Shown here in pieces: positions 39,501 through 48,715 of a stretch of DNA of 64,000 nucleotides (position 1 is its first letter; every line of letters begins with the position of its first letter). The stretch lies in contig JAFGWG010000050.1 in assembly GCA_016937255.1 (NCBI GenBank), forward strand, positions 3,379 to 67,378, in the 5' to 3' direction. The notes below the pieces were generated by a model. That model saw only the letters and a program-made list of their open reading frames with translations, had not been told where the DNA came from and ran no database searches. Origin of the DNA: Bacteroidales bacterium. GTDB lineage: Bacteria; Bacteroidota; Bacteroidia; Bacteroidales; DTU049. The position numbers and the translations under genes were made by a program.

Positions 39501-39502
39501 TC

Positions 39503-41254
39503 TTACTTCGATTGATTGGCTTTATAAACCTCCCAATTATACTCATATTCTTGCCATACCGAAACTCCGTTTCTATGCATTCCCGCTTCACGAAAAGTGG
39601 CAAAAGGGAAAGGGAGTGTCACTTTTTTCTCTTCTGTTTCCTGAACTGGCACCTCAACTGTTTTCTTTTCTCCGGTAACATAGTCGACATACTCTTTTTT
39701 AATCATTTTGGTTTCCTGTTCATAAATGGTGGCTTCGCTACCTGCTGCATGCATAGTGGCGGGATCTTTCTGAAATGGGGACCATGTAGGGAATGTGGGC
39801 GTTTCTTTTTCATAGTTCACCATATACTCAATAGTAAGGTCTTTTGATCCGCCCGTGACATCTCCGTCCATTTCTAGATAAAGTTCTCCGTTAACCAAAT
39901 ATCCCATGATTTTAAATGTGCGGCTTTCGGGGCCATTTTGAAGACCTTTGTAGTAATATTGAATCTGGGTAAGTCCGGGAATGGAAAGCATAAATCCACC
40001 GGGTTTTCCGAAATCCATTAAAATTGTTTTTGCTGCGTCAATTCCAACAGAAGTGATGAGGTCTTGTAGGTTTGATGGCCCGATTTGAGTTCCACCAGCA
40101 ACATTTGGAATACCTGCAGCACAATTGCAAATGGCTGCATCTTTTTGAGAAGATTCATCGAGGTTTTTGATTTTATTTGGAAGTACATAACCAGCATATT
40201 CCATCATTGAGTTGGCTCCGGTTTCGTAAGCTGCTTTCATATTTTTGGCCAATTCGCCCTGAGCCCCGAGAAAAGTACCTTCAAAATCCTTTACGGTTCT
40301 TTTGCTGATATTGGCACTCAGATCATAAAAGAAAGCAACTTCTCCCATCATATTAATGGCGCTGTTTACTTGTTCGGTAAGAATGGCAACACCACAGAGA
40401 TTAGGAATAAGGTTGTAAATAATTTCACCTTCTCCAGTTACACGCCCGTCTTCATCAATGTGAATTTTGAATTTGGTAGCATGTTCTACCATGAGGCTCA
40501 TAATTACTTTGTCGCCTTCAAAAGGAAGTTCGTCAGGGTCAGCACCGGTAAATTGAGAAACAAATTCACCAGAAGTATGCTTAAATCTTACTTCCCAGCC
40601 CCAACCGGTTCCAATATAATCGCCTATATAGGGAGAAATATCATTGTTATCATTGGGGTTATATGGGTTATTCCCATTGTTTGATCCGTTGCCATTGTTG
40701 TTTCCGTTATTATTTCCATTGCCAGAGCCGTTGGAATTGCCATTTCCGTTATTTCCATTGTTCCCATTATTGGATCCATTGTTTCCGTCTCCGCCATTTC
40801 CACTTCCGCCTTCATTATTCCCATCTCCATTTTCGATTGAGGCTTGATCATCTCCGCTATTGCTTATTTTTTGCCATTCGCTGTGACCCACTTCAACATC
40901 ACTCATCACCACAAAAGGAAGTGTGAGCATGTTCCCTATAACGCTAAAGCTCTGGTTATCGGCATTGAAATCAAATTCGGTAACCGACATGGTGATCAAA
41001 TCTTCACAAGCAGAAAATTCACCATCCGACCAAATATCTGTTCCCTGCATTACCGCGTGAATCTTTGCAGAATTGCCTTGTAATATTAAAGTAATTATTG
41101 CACCTTCTGCAGGAGTAGTCCCGTCGCTATCTTGAATAAGCAAATAAGTACCCGTCAAAGATGTGTTTTGACAACCGTATTGTGATTGCGCGAAAATCGA
41201 ATTGCTGAATGTAGAAAAAATAATTGCAAGTAAAGCCCCAATGAAAATCTTCAT
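39503..41254 (-). CDS. Hypothetical exported protein with Gly/Asn-rich linker
   Basis: Signal peptide; ~60-aa GN-rich segment (approx. 40640..40840) separating two domains; TATCTTTG -7 box at 41275..41282. Confidence 0.75.
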   Translation of the reverse strand: MKIFIGALLAIIFSTFSNSIFAQSQYGCQNTSLTGTYLLIQDSDGTTPAEGAIITLILQGNSAKIHAVMQGTDIWSDGEFSACEDLITMSVTEFDFNADNQSFSVIGNMLTLPFVVMSDVEVGHSEWQKISNSGDDQASIENGDGNNEGGSGNGGDGNNGSNNGNNGNNGNGNSNGSGNGNNNGNNNGNGSNNGNNPYNPNDNNDISPYIGDYIGTGWGWEVRFKHTSGEFVSQFTGADPDELPFEGDKVIMSLMVEHATKFKIHIDEDGRVTGEGEIIYNLIPNLCGVAILTEQVNSAINMMGEVAFFYDLSANISKRTVKDFEGTFLGAQGELAKNMKAAYETGANSMMEYAGYVLPNKIKNLDESSQKDAAICNCAAGIPNVAGGTQIGPSNLQDLITSVGIDAAKTILMDFGKPGGFMLSIPGLTQIQYYYKGLQNGPESRTFKIMGYLVNGELYLEMDGDVTGGSKDLTIEYMVNYEKETPTFPTWSPFQKDPATMHAAGSEATIYEQETKMIKKEYVDYVTGEKKTVEVPVQETEEKKVTLPFPFATFREAGMHRNGVSVWQEYEYNWEVYKANQSK

Positions 41255-41313
41255 GAAAAATAAATTTTATTTTACAAAGATAAGCATGCTTGGAAAAGAG
41301 GGGTAATAATTTT

Positions 41314-43833
41314 CTAGAAAAATAATGAGCCAATCTGCTGTACAGCAAATGCCATGAGCCAAGCAAGGCCTGTAGTGTAAAATACAGTAAATAGTGCCCA
41401 CTTCCAACCCCCGGTTTCTTTTCGTATGGCAGCTACAACGGCAACACATGGGAAATATAGAAGTACAAACATCAGAAAGGCAAAGCCGGTAACCGGATCA
41501 AGTAATTTTTGACCTACCATTGTTCCATTTTGGTGGGTAGCCATACTGATTCGATCGCTTAGGTTACTTGTGGTATTGGATTGCAGCACTTCGTTTAGGC
41601 TTCTTGTATCTACTGCGGGTTCGGCGCTAAAAAGTACTGCTAAAGTTGAAACAACAACTTCTTTGGCAGCAATTCCAGTCACCAGGCTTATGGTGAGTCT
41701 CCAATCGAAGCCTAGGGGCTCCATTATGGGTTGGATTCCAGTGCCAATACGGCCGATATATGAATTCTGCTGCTGTGCAATATCCATTTCTATAGCAATA
41801 TGGCGGCCAGCGTTAAAAATTTCAGCAGCTGTTTCTGTGTTAAGGTTTTCTAAACCATTAAATTCTTGAGTAATTTTTTCAATGTCTTTTTTAAGTTCTG
41901 GTTCCGGTTCGAAGTTTTGTGGGAAATGTCCCAAAGCCCAAATGATAACCGAAGCAATAAGAATGATTCCACCCATTTTTTTCAAATACTGAGAAGCGCG
42001 AAACCACATGTGTCTGAAAACGGTTTTGGCAATTGGCATTCTATAAGGAGGAAGTTCCATAACAAAAGGTGCTTCCGATTTGCGGAATATGGTTTTCTTG
42101 AAGAGCAATGCCACAATTATGGCAAATGCAATACCTATCATATAAACCAGAAAGAGCATCATTACAGGATTGTTAGGAAAAACAGCTGCAATGATTAGAA
42201 TATATACTGGTAAACGAGCACTACAGCTCATGAAAGGATTTATAAGGATGGTCAACAATCGATCGGATGGATTCTCGAGAGTTCTAGTGGCCATAATTGC
42301 AGGAACATTGCAACCAAAGCCCATTATAAGGGGAATAAACGATTTGCCGTGTAACCCAATTTTATGCATGAGTTTGTCCATTAGGAAGGCTACACGCGCC
42401 ATATAGCCGGTGTCTTCCATAAATGCAATGAATAAAAACAGAAAGAGAATGTTTGGCAAAAACACTAATACACCCCCAACACCGCTAATAATACCATCAA
42501 TGATTAGGTTTTTCAACATCCCGTCGGGCATGTGAGATTCAACAAGACCTCCAAGAAAGGAAACCCCTTGCTCAAGCCAGTTCATTGGGAACGAGCCCAG
42601 AAAGAATGTGGAGAAAAACATCAACCAGAGAAAAGCAATGAATATAGGAAATCCAAAAAATTTGTGGGTTAGAATTTCATCCAATCGGTAGGATCTGTCT
42701 TTCTTCGACTTCTTTTCACCGTTTTTATATGTTTCTTTTAATGCACCGGCAATAAAACTATAGCGTGCTTCAGCAATAAGATTTTCAATGTCATCGCTAT
42801 AAATGCTTTCCAATCTTTGCCGCTCTGTAGTTACCAGAGTTTTAACATCGCTGAATTCTTTATGCGATGCCGCATGCATTGCCTCTTTATCGTTTTCTAA
42901 TAGTTTTATGGAATAAAAACGCGAGGGAATATTCTCTTTAATAAAACGAGTATGCTCAATAAAGTTTCTGATTTTCTGTATCGATTCTTCTAGATCGTGC
43001 TTGAATCGTATACACGCTCTTCGGCGGCTTGTTTCTTCCTGTTCGTATGTCTCGATAATGGTGTTCAGCAAATTTTCGATCCCATTTTTTCGATGACCAA
43101 CCGTAGGAACAAATGGAATGCCAAGCATCTGTCCGAGCACATCGTGGTTGAATTCCACTTCTTTTTCTAGCAGCTCATCGTACATATTCAGAGCAACTAC
43201 AACCGGAAGATCCAATTCTATAAGCTGAGTAGTAAGAAAGAGATTGCGCTCCAGATTTGAACTGTCAATAACATTTAATACAATGTCGGGCATAGAACCG
43301 ATCAAATGTTTGCGAACAAATAATTCTTCAGGAGTATAAGCACTGAGGGAATAAGTACCGGGCAAATCTACCATGTTAAAACGGTATGATTTGTAATTAA
43401 AAGAACCTGTCTTTGCTTCTACCGTAACCCCTGAATAATTTCCTACATGTTCGCTGGCACCCGATGCATAATTGAAAATTGTAGTTTTTCCGCAATTTGG
43501 ATTTCCAACAAGGGCAATATCAATCTCACGCCCCCTCTTTTTTATTTCATGGCTAATAATCTCTTCGTTTACTGTTACACCTGAACTTTCATTTTTATTT
43601 TTGATATCCTCGAATGTTACAATTTCAATGGATCGGGCTTCTGATCTTCGCAGACTAACTTCGTAGTCCATGATGCGATATTCAATCGGATCAGTAAGAG
43701 GAGCCTTACGCATACATTCGATTTTGCGTCCGCGAATAAAACCCATTTCAATAATGCGTTTCCGGAATGCACCCCTGCCACGTATCTTCAATACGTATGC
43801 ACTTTGTCCGGGCTGTAGATCCTGAAGAGTCAT
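41314..43833 (-). CDS. feoB: Ferrous iron transporter B with fused N-terminal FeoA domain
   Basis: FeoA-like N-terminus (RIIEMG...APLTDP), GNPNCGKT, DLPGTYSL, NMYD, GFGCNVP, PFMSCSARLP and FVMELPPY motifs. Confidence 0.95.
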   Translation of the reverse strand: MTLQDLQPGQSAYVLKIRGRGAFRKRIIEMGFIRGRKIECMRKAPLTDPIEYRIMDYEVSLRRSEARSIEIVTFEDIKNKNESSGVTVNEEIISHEIKKRGREIDIALVGNPNCGKTTIFNYASGASEHVGNYSGVTVEAKTGSFNYKSYRFNMVDLPGTYSLSAYTPEELFVRKHLIGSMPDIVLNVIDSSNLERNLFLTTQLIELDLPVVVALNMYDELLEKEVEFNHDVLGQMLGIPFVPTVGHRKNGIENLLNTIIETYEQEETSRRRACIRFKHDLEESIQKIRNFIEHTRFIKENIPSRFYSIKLLENDKEAMHAASHKEFSDVKTLVTTERQRLESIYSDDIENLIAEARYSFIAGALKETYKNGEKKSKKDRSYRLDEILTHKFFGFPIFIAFLWLMFFSTFFLGSFPMNWLEQGVSFLGGLVESHMPDGMLKNLIIDGIISGVGGVLVFLPNILFLFLFIAFMEDTGYMARVAFLMDKLMHKIGLHGKSFIPLIMGFGCNVPAIMATRTLENPSDRLLTILINPFMSCSARLPVYILIIAAVFPNNPVMMLFLVYMIGIAFAIIVALLFKKTIFRKSEAPFVMELPPYRMPIAKTVFRHMWFRASQYLKKMGGIILIASVIIWALGHFPQNFEPEPELKKDIEKITQEFNGLENLNTETAAEIFNAGRHIAIEMDIAQQQNSYIGRIGTGIQPIMEPLGFDWRLTISLVTGIAAKEVVVSTLAVLFSAEPAVDTRSLNEVLQSNTTSNLSDRISMATHQNGTMVGQKLLDPVTGFAFLMFVLLYFPCVAVVAAIRKETGGWKWALFTVFYTTGLAWLMAFAVQQIGSLFF

Positions 43834-43854
43834 TATTTAGAACAGGTTTAAATA
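43834..43854. promoter_or_regulatory. Candidate metal-responsive (Fur-like) operator TATTTAGAACAGGTTTAAATA
   Basis: AT-rich imperfect inverted repeat abutting the feoB ATG, downstream of the TACTTTTG -7 box (43862..43869). Confidence 0.5.
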
Positions 43855-43935
43855 GGAATGGCAAAAGTAAGCAATTTTGCGATTACCTGAAAACTCTGAT
43901 TTTGAATTTGGAGGAAATATGCAGAAAAGACCTGA

Positions 43936-45645
43936 TTAAAATATTTCAATTGGTTTTACTACGGCTTCATTTTTACCACTCAATCTCAGAAAGTAAATTC
44001 CAATAGGAAGGTCTTCTACATTAAAAACAGCGTGGTTTTCAGGAAGATTTTGTTTGGAAATAATCTGTCCGTTATTATTCATTAATTCAACTTGTTCAAT
44101 CAATCCATCAATTCGTGAATCGATATCTAGTGTAAAAATGTCATCGGCGGGATTTGGATAAATGTTTAATAGATCGTTGTTCCATGCTTCTTCAATACTT
44201 ACTTGACATGAAGAATAAACCAGTTTGAACCCATCGGCGCGCATCATAGAATTGGAATAGAATGTGATATAGGCAGAAGGACCCCAAACCAGAATTTCTT
44301 GGGGGATATCGAATCCACTGATTTGTGCAATTAATGGATCTGAAGCTGAAGTTCCCTGATAAATGGAAACAAAATCTCCATCCATTTCGGTTGCCAATTC
44401 TAAGAAATTGATATAAATTAATCCGGCTCCCGGAGGTTGAATAGTCCATTTGCACGAAGTGCTATTGCCATAACGAAATTCTCCACTGCCATCTGAAATG
44501 GTGTCAGAAAGAGCAGTAAGAGTATTGTATTCGTTACAATATACAATATCTGTTTCGGCTGGCTCAAGGGCAAAAATTGCAGCTTGATCGGTAGTGAAAT
44601 CGCCACCACCTGGTCGAAGATTACTTAAAGTAAAGTATCCGTTATAAGCTCCGCTCCAGCCCCAGTTGAAATGAAAAAGGTTAGAGTTTTGCATTCCGTC
44701 AAGAACAAATGCATGTCCACCACTGCCGGTTCCACGATACAGCAGAGGTCTGCGTGAATATAATTCGTTTTCTATTAAATAAATCCAGTCGACTTCCTGA
44801 AAATCATCTTTTTCGGCATGAAAACAATAATCGGAATATTTGAAATAATCGACCATTGCATCTCGTGCGGTTACTGTGCTGGCGCCAGACCCGGATGCAG
44901 AGTAATCCATATTTACTGCAACTCCAAGATGATATAGCATTTCAGCAATATAGGCGTTGCTTGAAGAGATACTATTTGGCATGCTGTCCCATAAATATGT
45001 TGTAGCACCAAAATCAGCAGATAGGTTTGGGTATAATCCTGTGCCATACATATGTGAACCTTGACCTGTTTCGGGATATGAATGATAATCCATTACTTGT
45101 GCCATAGCAGTGGCAACACAACCCGCCCAGCAATGTCCACATGGCCCTGATGCTTCTGCAGGAACATCTTCATTATAATAACACCCTTGATCCCATGTTG
45201 TAGTAAGTAAAGCACTTACATTTTTTCCAGTTTGTGGAAGAAATCCGTTGATTTCCAGTGATTCCCAAGCGTCAATAACACTTTGATTGTAAATTGCTGG
45301 GGTAGTATCAATATTTTCTAATTGATCATCAATCCAGTCGAAATATGATTCAACTGAGATAGGCATTGGCTCGCTGAAACCACTTTCAGTACTAAAAGCA
45401 ATAATTGGAAAAGCCTGTTTGGATTTAGAAATAACAGTGAATGAGCTATTGTCTTCATTGGTGAAAACAAAAAACCTGTTATAGTCTTTGCTTGTGTATG
45501 AATACTTCTGCATTTGAATATCTTTGCCAGTTTCATTTGACATAAAACTACTGGCATATTTCTGTGCATCTTGCTCGCTAATAAATTGGGCATTAGATGT
45601 GATGTGGAAAAAAACGACAAGCGCGAAACCAAGTAAAAATCTCAT
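43936..45645 (-). CDS. C10 (streptopain-like) cysteine peptidase with propeptide, CUB domain and T9SS CTD
   Basis: WDQG, AGCVATAMAQ (Cys), GGHAFVLDG (His), HFNWGW; CUB-like CKWTI...GFKLVY; IYPNP CTD. Confidence 0.9.
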   Translation of the reverse strand: MRFLLGFALVVFFHITSNAQFISEQDAQKYASSFMSNETGKDIQMQKYSYTSKDYNRFFVFTNEDNSSFTVISKSKQAFPIIAFSTESGFSEPMPISVESYFDWIDDQLENIDTTPAIYNQSVIDAWESLEINGFLPQTGKNVSALLTTTWDQGCYYNEDVPAEASGPCGHCWAGCVATAMAQVMDYHSYPETGQGSHMYGTGLYPNLSADFGATTYLWDSMPNSISSSNAYIAEMLYHLGVAVNMDYSASGSGASTVTARDAMVDYFKYSDYCFHAEKDDFQEVDWIYLIENELYSRRPLLYRGTGSGGHAFVLDGMQNSNLFHFNWGWSGAYNGYFTLSNLRPGGGDFTTDQAAIFALEPAETDIVYCNEYNTLTALSDTISDGSGEFRYGNSTSCKWTIQPPGAGLIYINFLELATEMDGDFVSIYQGTSASDPLIAQISGFDIPQEILVWGPSAYITFYSNSMMRADGFKLVYSSCQVSIEEAWNNDLLNIYPNPADDIFTLDIDSRIDGLIEQVELMNNNGQIISKQNLPENHAVFNVEDLPIGIYFLRLSGKNEAVVKPIEIF

Positions 45646-45754
45646 GGGAATAATTTTTGTAAAGATACATTTTTATCAGAAGTCTAATCTGATATTTGCT
45701 TTAGTTTAATACTCTAGACAAACATTAGTTTCTAATGGTTGCTGTGAATAGAAT

Positions 45755-45790
45755 AAAAAAAACTCCACCCGAAATACAGATGGAGTTTTT
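45755..45790. terminator. Terminator after the DUF4476 gene
   Basis: AAAAACTCCA ... TGGAGTTTTT stem with A/T tracts on both sides. Confidence 0.7.
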
Positions 45791-45805
45791 AATAAGTAAT
45801 GATTC

Positions 45806-46783
45806 TTACCAACTATATCCGCGAATGTAATTATCTAATTCTTCGATGGTTGAATCAAAATCAAAAGCATCGTTTAGCATATAATAATTGCCAATATCAT
45901 AAGTGTATCCATATGCAAATTTGGCAAGGTCGAGACGGTTGTCTTCAAAATCCAGTAGGAGCATCATCTGTTTTACCTGATTGCAAGTAAGGCAATTTGT
46001 TCCTATAATTTGTTTGGCAATGATAAGTTTGCTTTCGTCAAAGTCTTTGGAGGCAACTGAGCTGTATGCAGATGCAAACTGATTGTCATCCATAGGCCAT
46101 GCACAGCCTGTTGGGCCATTATAGCCGGGCATTACATAAACAGTCTGATTACCAGAAGGTGGAGGTCCATCATTATAGGTTCCAGATGAGGTAGTCGTAG
46201 TAGTTGTTGTTGTGCTTGAGTATGAACTGCTTTGAGTACTGGTTCCTCCAGCATTAATATTCATGTTAACATTTACACCCATTTCTGGATCATTAATATT
46301 AACACCCATAGAAACATTGTCTCCAGTGGGTGAATTTCCATTAACAACAGTGGTCGATGTTTCTGTATACGTAACTGAAGTGGATGCTGCAGGAGGGGCA
46401 GTTGTGGTGTACACAATCACATTCTGATTTGGGGCTGGTGGAGGTGCCTGTGCTATTGGAACTTCGCTCTGCCAACGTAAAACATACTCGCCTTTATTGT
46501 TTTTCTTAAGGCAAAATGTTGTTTCTGTTCCTTGATTGAAATTGATATTCTTATCAATCTGTGGTTGATTTGCATCTGGAAACATGATTTTTACTTTATA
46601 ATAAGGCTGAATAAGATCGGTAACCTTTACATTGGTTTGAGCTTCAGCGTTTTGTTGAATTCCATTGAGTACAAGGAAGAATTGTTCTCCTTGTTCACTG
46701 AAGACTACAATATTTGTTTTAAGTTGGGCAAATGAAGCCAAACTAAAAAGGATCAGTGCAGTAAGAGTAAATAGTTTTTTCAT
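45806..46783 (-). CDS. DUF4476 domain exported protein
   Basis: Start reassigned to the ATG at 46783 (MKKLFTL signal peptide); P/T/S-rich linker; C-terminal FDESKLIIAKQ...RLDLAKFAY...DAFDF. Confidence 0.75.
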   Translation of the reverse strand: MKKLFTLTALILFSLASFAQLKTNIVVFSEQGEQFFLVLNGIQQNAEAQTNVKVTDLIQPYYKVKIMFPDANQPQIDKNINFNQGTETTFCLKKNNKGEYVLRWQSEVPIAQAPPPAPNQNVIVYTTTAPPAASTSVTYTETSTTVVNGNSPTGDNVSMGVNINDPEMGVNVNMNINAGGTSTQSSSYSSTTTTTTTTSSGTYNDGPPPSGNQTVYVMPGYNGPTGCAWPMDDNQFASAYSSVASKDFDESKLIIAKQIIGTNCLTCNQVKQMMLLLDFEDNRLDLAKFAYGYTYDIGNYYMLNDAFDFDSTIEELDNYIRGYSW

Positions 46784-46826
46784 AATTTTGAGAGGTTTGT
46801 TAAACAAAAATTGTCAGTCACAGAAG

Positions 46827-46841
46827 ACAAAAACAATGCCA
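46827..46841 (-). promoter_or_regulatory. Possible sigma-54 -24/-12 promoter (TGGCATTGTTTTTGT)
   Basis: TGGCA-N6-TTG spacing matches the sigma-54 consensus except the final C; about 44 nt upstream of the ATG at 46783. Confidence 0.45.
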
Positions 46842-47009
46842 TAAGAAAAGAAGCTTAAGGCTCAATTTTTTCGAAGGTAAATATAGGTATTATTGTACGA
46901 GTCTTTTCGGTATGAAAGTGTTTTTATAAAATTTTAACCATTTACAGATTAGTTATCGGTAAGCTTAATATTTTCATTAGTTGTATATTTGGATACCAAT
47001 TCAATTAGA

Positions 47010-48557
47010 ATGAGAAAAGTCTTCATAAGTTTTGTGTTTGTACTCTGTGCTGTTTTTGTGTTTGCTCAGCATAGCAATATTCTGATTAGTACCACTGATG
47101 AACCCAACGAGCCTTCGATAATTATAAACCCGAAAAACACGCAAGAAATTGTTGCAGGAGCAAATCTCGATAATGTTTATATCAGTGATAACGGCGGGCT
47201 AACATGGTCGGAAGCAAAAATGAGTTCTTCTTTTGGTGTTTGGGGCGATCCTGTAATTTGTGTTGATACCACCGGTGCATTTTTCTTTTTCCATTTGTCG
47301 AATCCTGCTGTTGGTAATTGGATAGATCGTATTGTTTGTCAGAAACTCGATTCTATAAATGGAACATGGAGCGATGGATCTTTTACTGGATTGAATGGCG
47401 CCAAAGCGCAGGATAAACATTGGGTTGTTGTGGATTGGAATACCAATGCCATGTATATGACCTGGACACAATTTGATGACTATGGTTCTGTGAATCCTGC
47501 TGATAGCTCAATAATTATGTTTTCCAAGTCTCTTGATGGAGGCTTAACCTGGACTTCTGCCATCCGGATTAATAAAATTGCTGGTGATTGCCTCGATGAA
47601 GATGAAACTACCGAAGGTGCTGTGCCCGCTGTGGGACCAAATGGAGAGATATATGTGGCATGGGCCGGCCCTGAAGGCATTGTTTTCGATCGTAGTTTAG
47701 ATGGGGGAGTAACGTGGCTCGATAATGATATTTTTATTAGTGATCAAGTTGGTGGCTGGGATTATTGTATCCCTGGATTGAATCGTTGTAATGGCTTACC
47801 AGTAACCGTTTGCGATTTGAGTGGTGGACCAAATAATGGAACTATTTATGTAAATTGGACTGATCAGCGAAACGGAACCGACAATACCGATGTATTTCTT
47901 TCAAAAAGCACCGATGGCGGAAACACATGGTCGGCACCGATAAAAGTGAATGACGATACCACAACTACGCATCAGTTTTTTACCTGGATGGCAGTAGATC
48001 AGGTGACCGGTTATCTGTGGTTTGTTTGGTATGATCGCAGAAATTATACAAATAATCAAACCGATGTGTATATGGCCTGTTCAAAGGATGGAGGAAGCAC
48101 TTTTACAAATTTCAGAATAAGCGAGTCGCCATTTACACCCGATCAGGGAATTTTCTTTGGCGATTATACCAATGTTTCTGCCCATAATGGAATGGTAAGA
48201 CCAATCTGGGGACGAATGGATATGGCTGTGCAAAGCATTTACACGGCAATTATTGATACAGCAAATCTCACAGGAATTGATAATGAGCAACTGGTGCCTG
48301 AGCAAATCAATATTTACCCGAATCCTTCGTCAGATGTTTTTATGGCTTCATATAAATTGCATGGATACATGACCGTGGAAGTTTCTATACTCGATGCACT
48401 TGGACGGGTAATTGCCGTTGTTTTACATGAGGAACAGGCCCCGGGACGACATAATTTGCAAATCAGTGGAGAAGAATTTGGCTTGCAAAGTGGTTACTAT
48501 ACTCTTCTGATTAGGTCGGATGAGGTGAATATGAGTAAGGGGTTTGTGATTTTTTAA
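47010..48557 (+). CDS. T9SS cargo with BNR/Asp-box (sialidase-like) beta-propeller
   Basis: Five SxDGGxTW/F Asp-boxes, FFGDY motif, IYPNP CTD; TATATTTG -7 box at 46984..46991. Confidence 0.85.
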   Translation: MRKVFISFVFVLCAVFVFAQHSNILISTTDEPNEPSIIINPKNTQEIVAGANLDNVYISDNGGLTWSEAKMSSSFGVWGDPVICVDTTGAFFFFHLSNPAVGNWIDRIVCQKLDSINGTWSDGSFTGLNGAKAQDKHWVVVDWNTNAMYMTWTQFDDYGSVNPADSSIIMFSKSLDGGLTWTSAIRINKIAGDCLDEDETTEGAVPAVGPNGEIYVAWAGPEGIVFDRSLDGGVTWLDNDIFISDQVGGWDYCIPGLNRCNGLPVTVCDLSGGPNNGTIYVNWTDQRNGTDNTDVFLSKSTDGGNTWSAPIKVNDDTTTTHQFFTWMAVDQVTGYLWFVWYDRRNYTNNQTDVYMACSKDGGSTFTNFRISESPFTPDQGIFFGDYTNVSAHNGMVRPIWGRMDMAVQSIYTAIIDTANLTGIDNEQLVPEQINIYPNPSSDVFMASYKLHGYMTVEVSILDALGRVIAVVLHEEQAPGRHNLQISGEEFGLQSGYYTLLIRSDEVNMSKGFVIF

Positions 48558-48674
48558 TTTGAAAATGTGGTAATTTGAAAATTTGATAATTACTTCGTAA
48601 GTGATATGGTTATGAAACTGAGAATTTCTGATTTCCGACTCTCAATACAAAATAAATCATAACTCATAAATCAA
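48555..48674. repeat. Intergenic cluster of short imperfect tandem repeats
   Basis: TAATTTGAAAAT twice with 16-nt period (48555, 48571); TTCTGAT-TTCCGAC; AAATCAT-AACTCAT-AAATCAA (48654..48674). Confidence 0.55.
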
Positions 48675-48715
48675 ACCCATTTTATCGTATATTTGATTTC
48701 AATATTTCAATCAGT

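Noticed and set aside
40624-40926. Overlapping short ORFs and a repeat-like DNA tract
   Set aside because: Alternative-frame readings of the Gly/Asn linker; not a DNA-level array.
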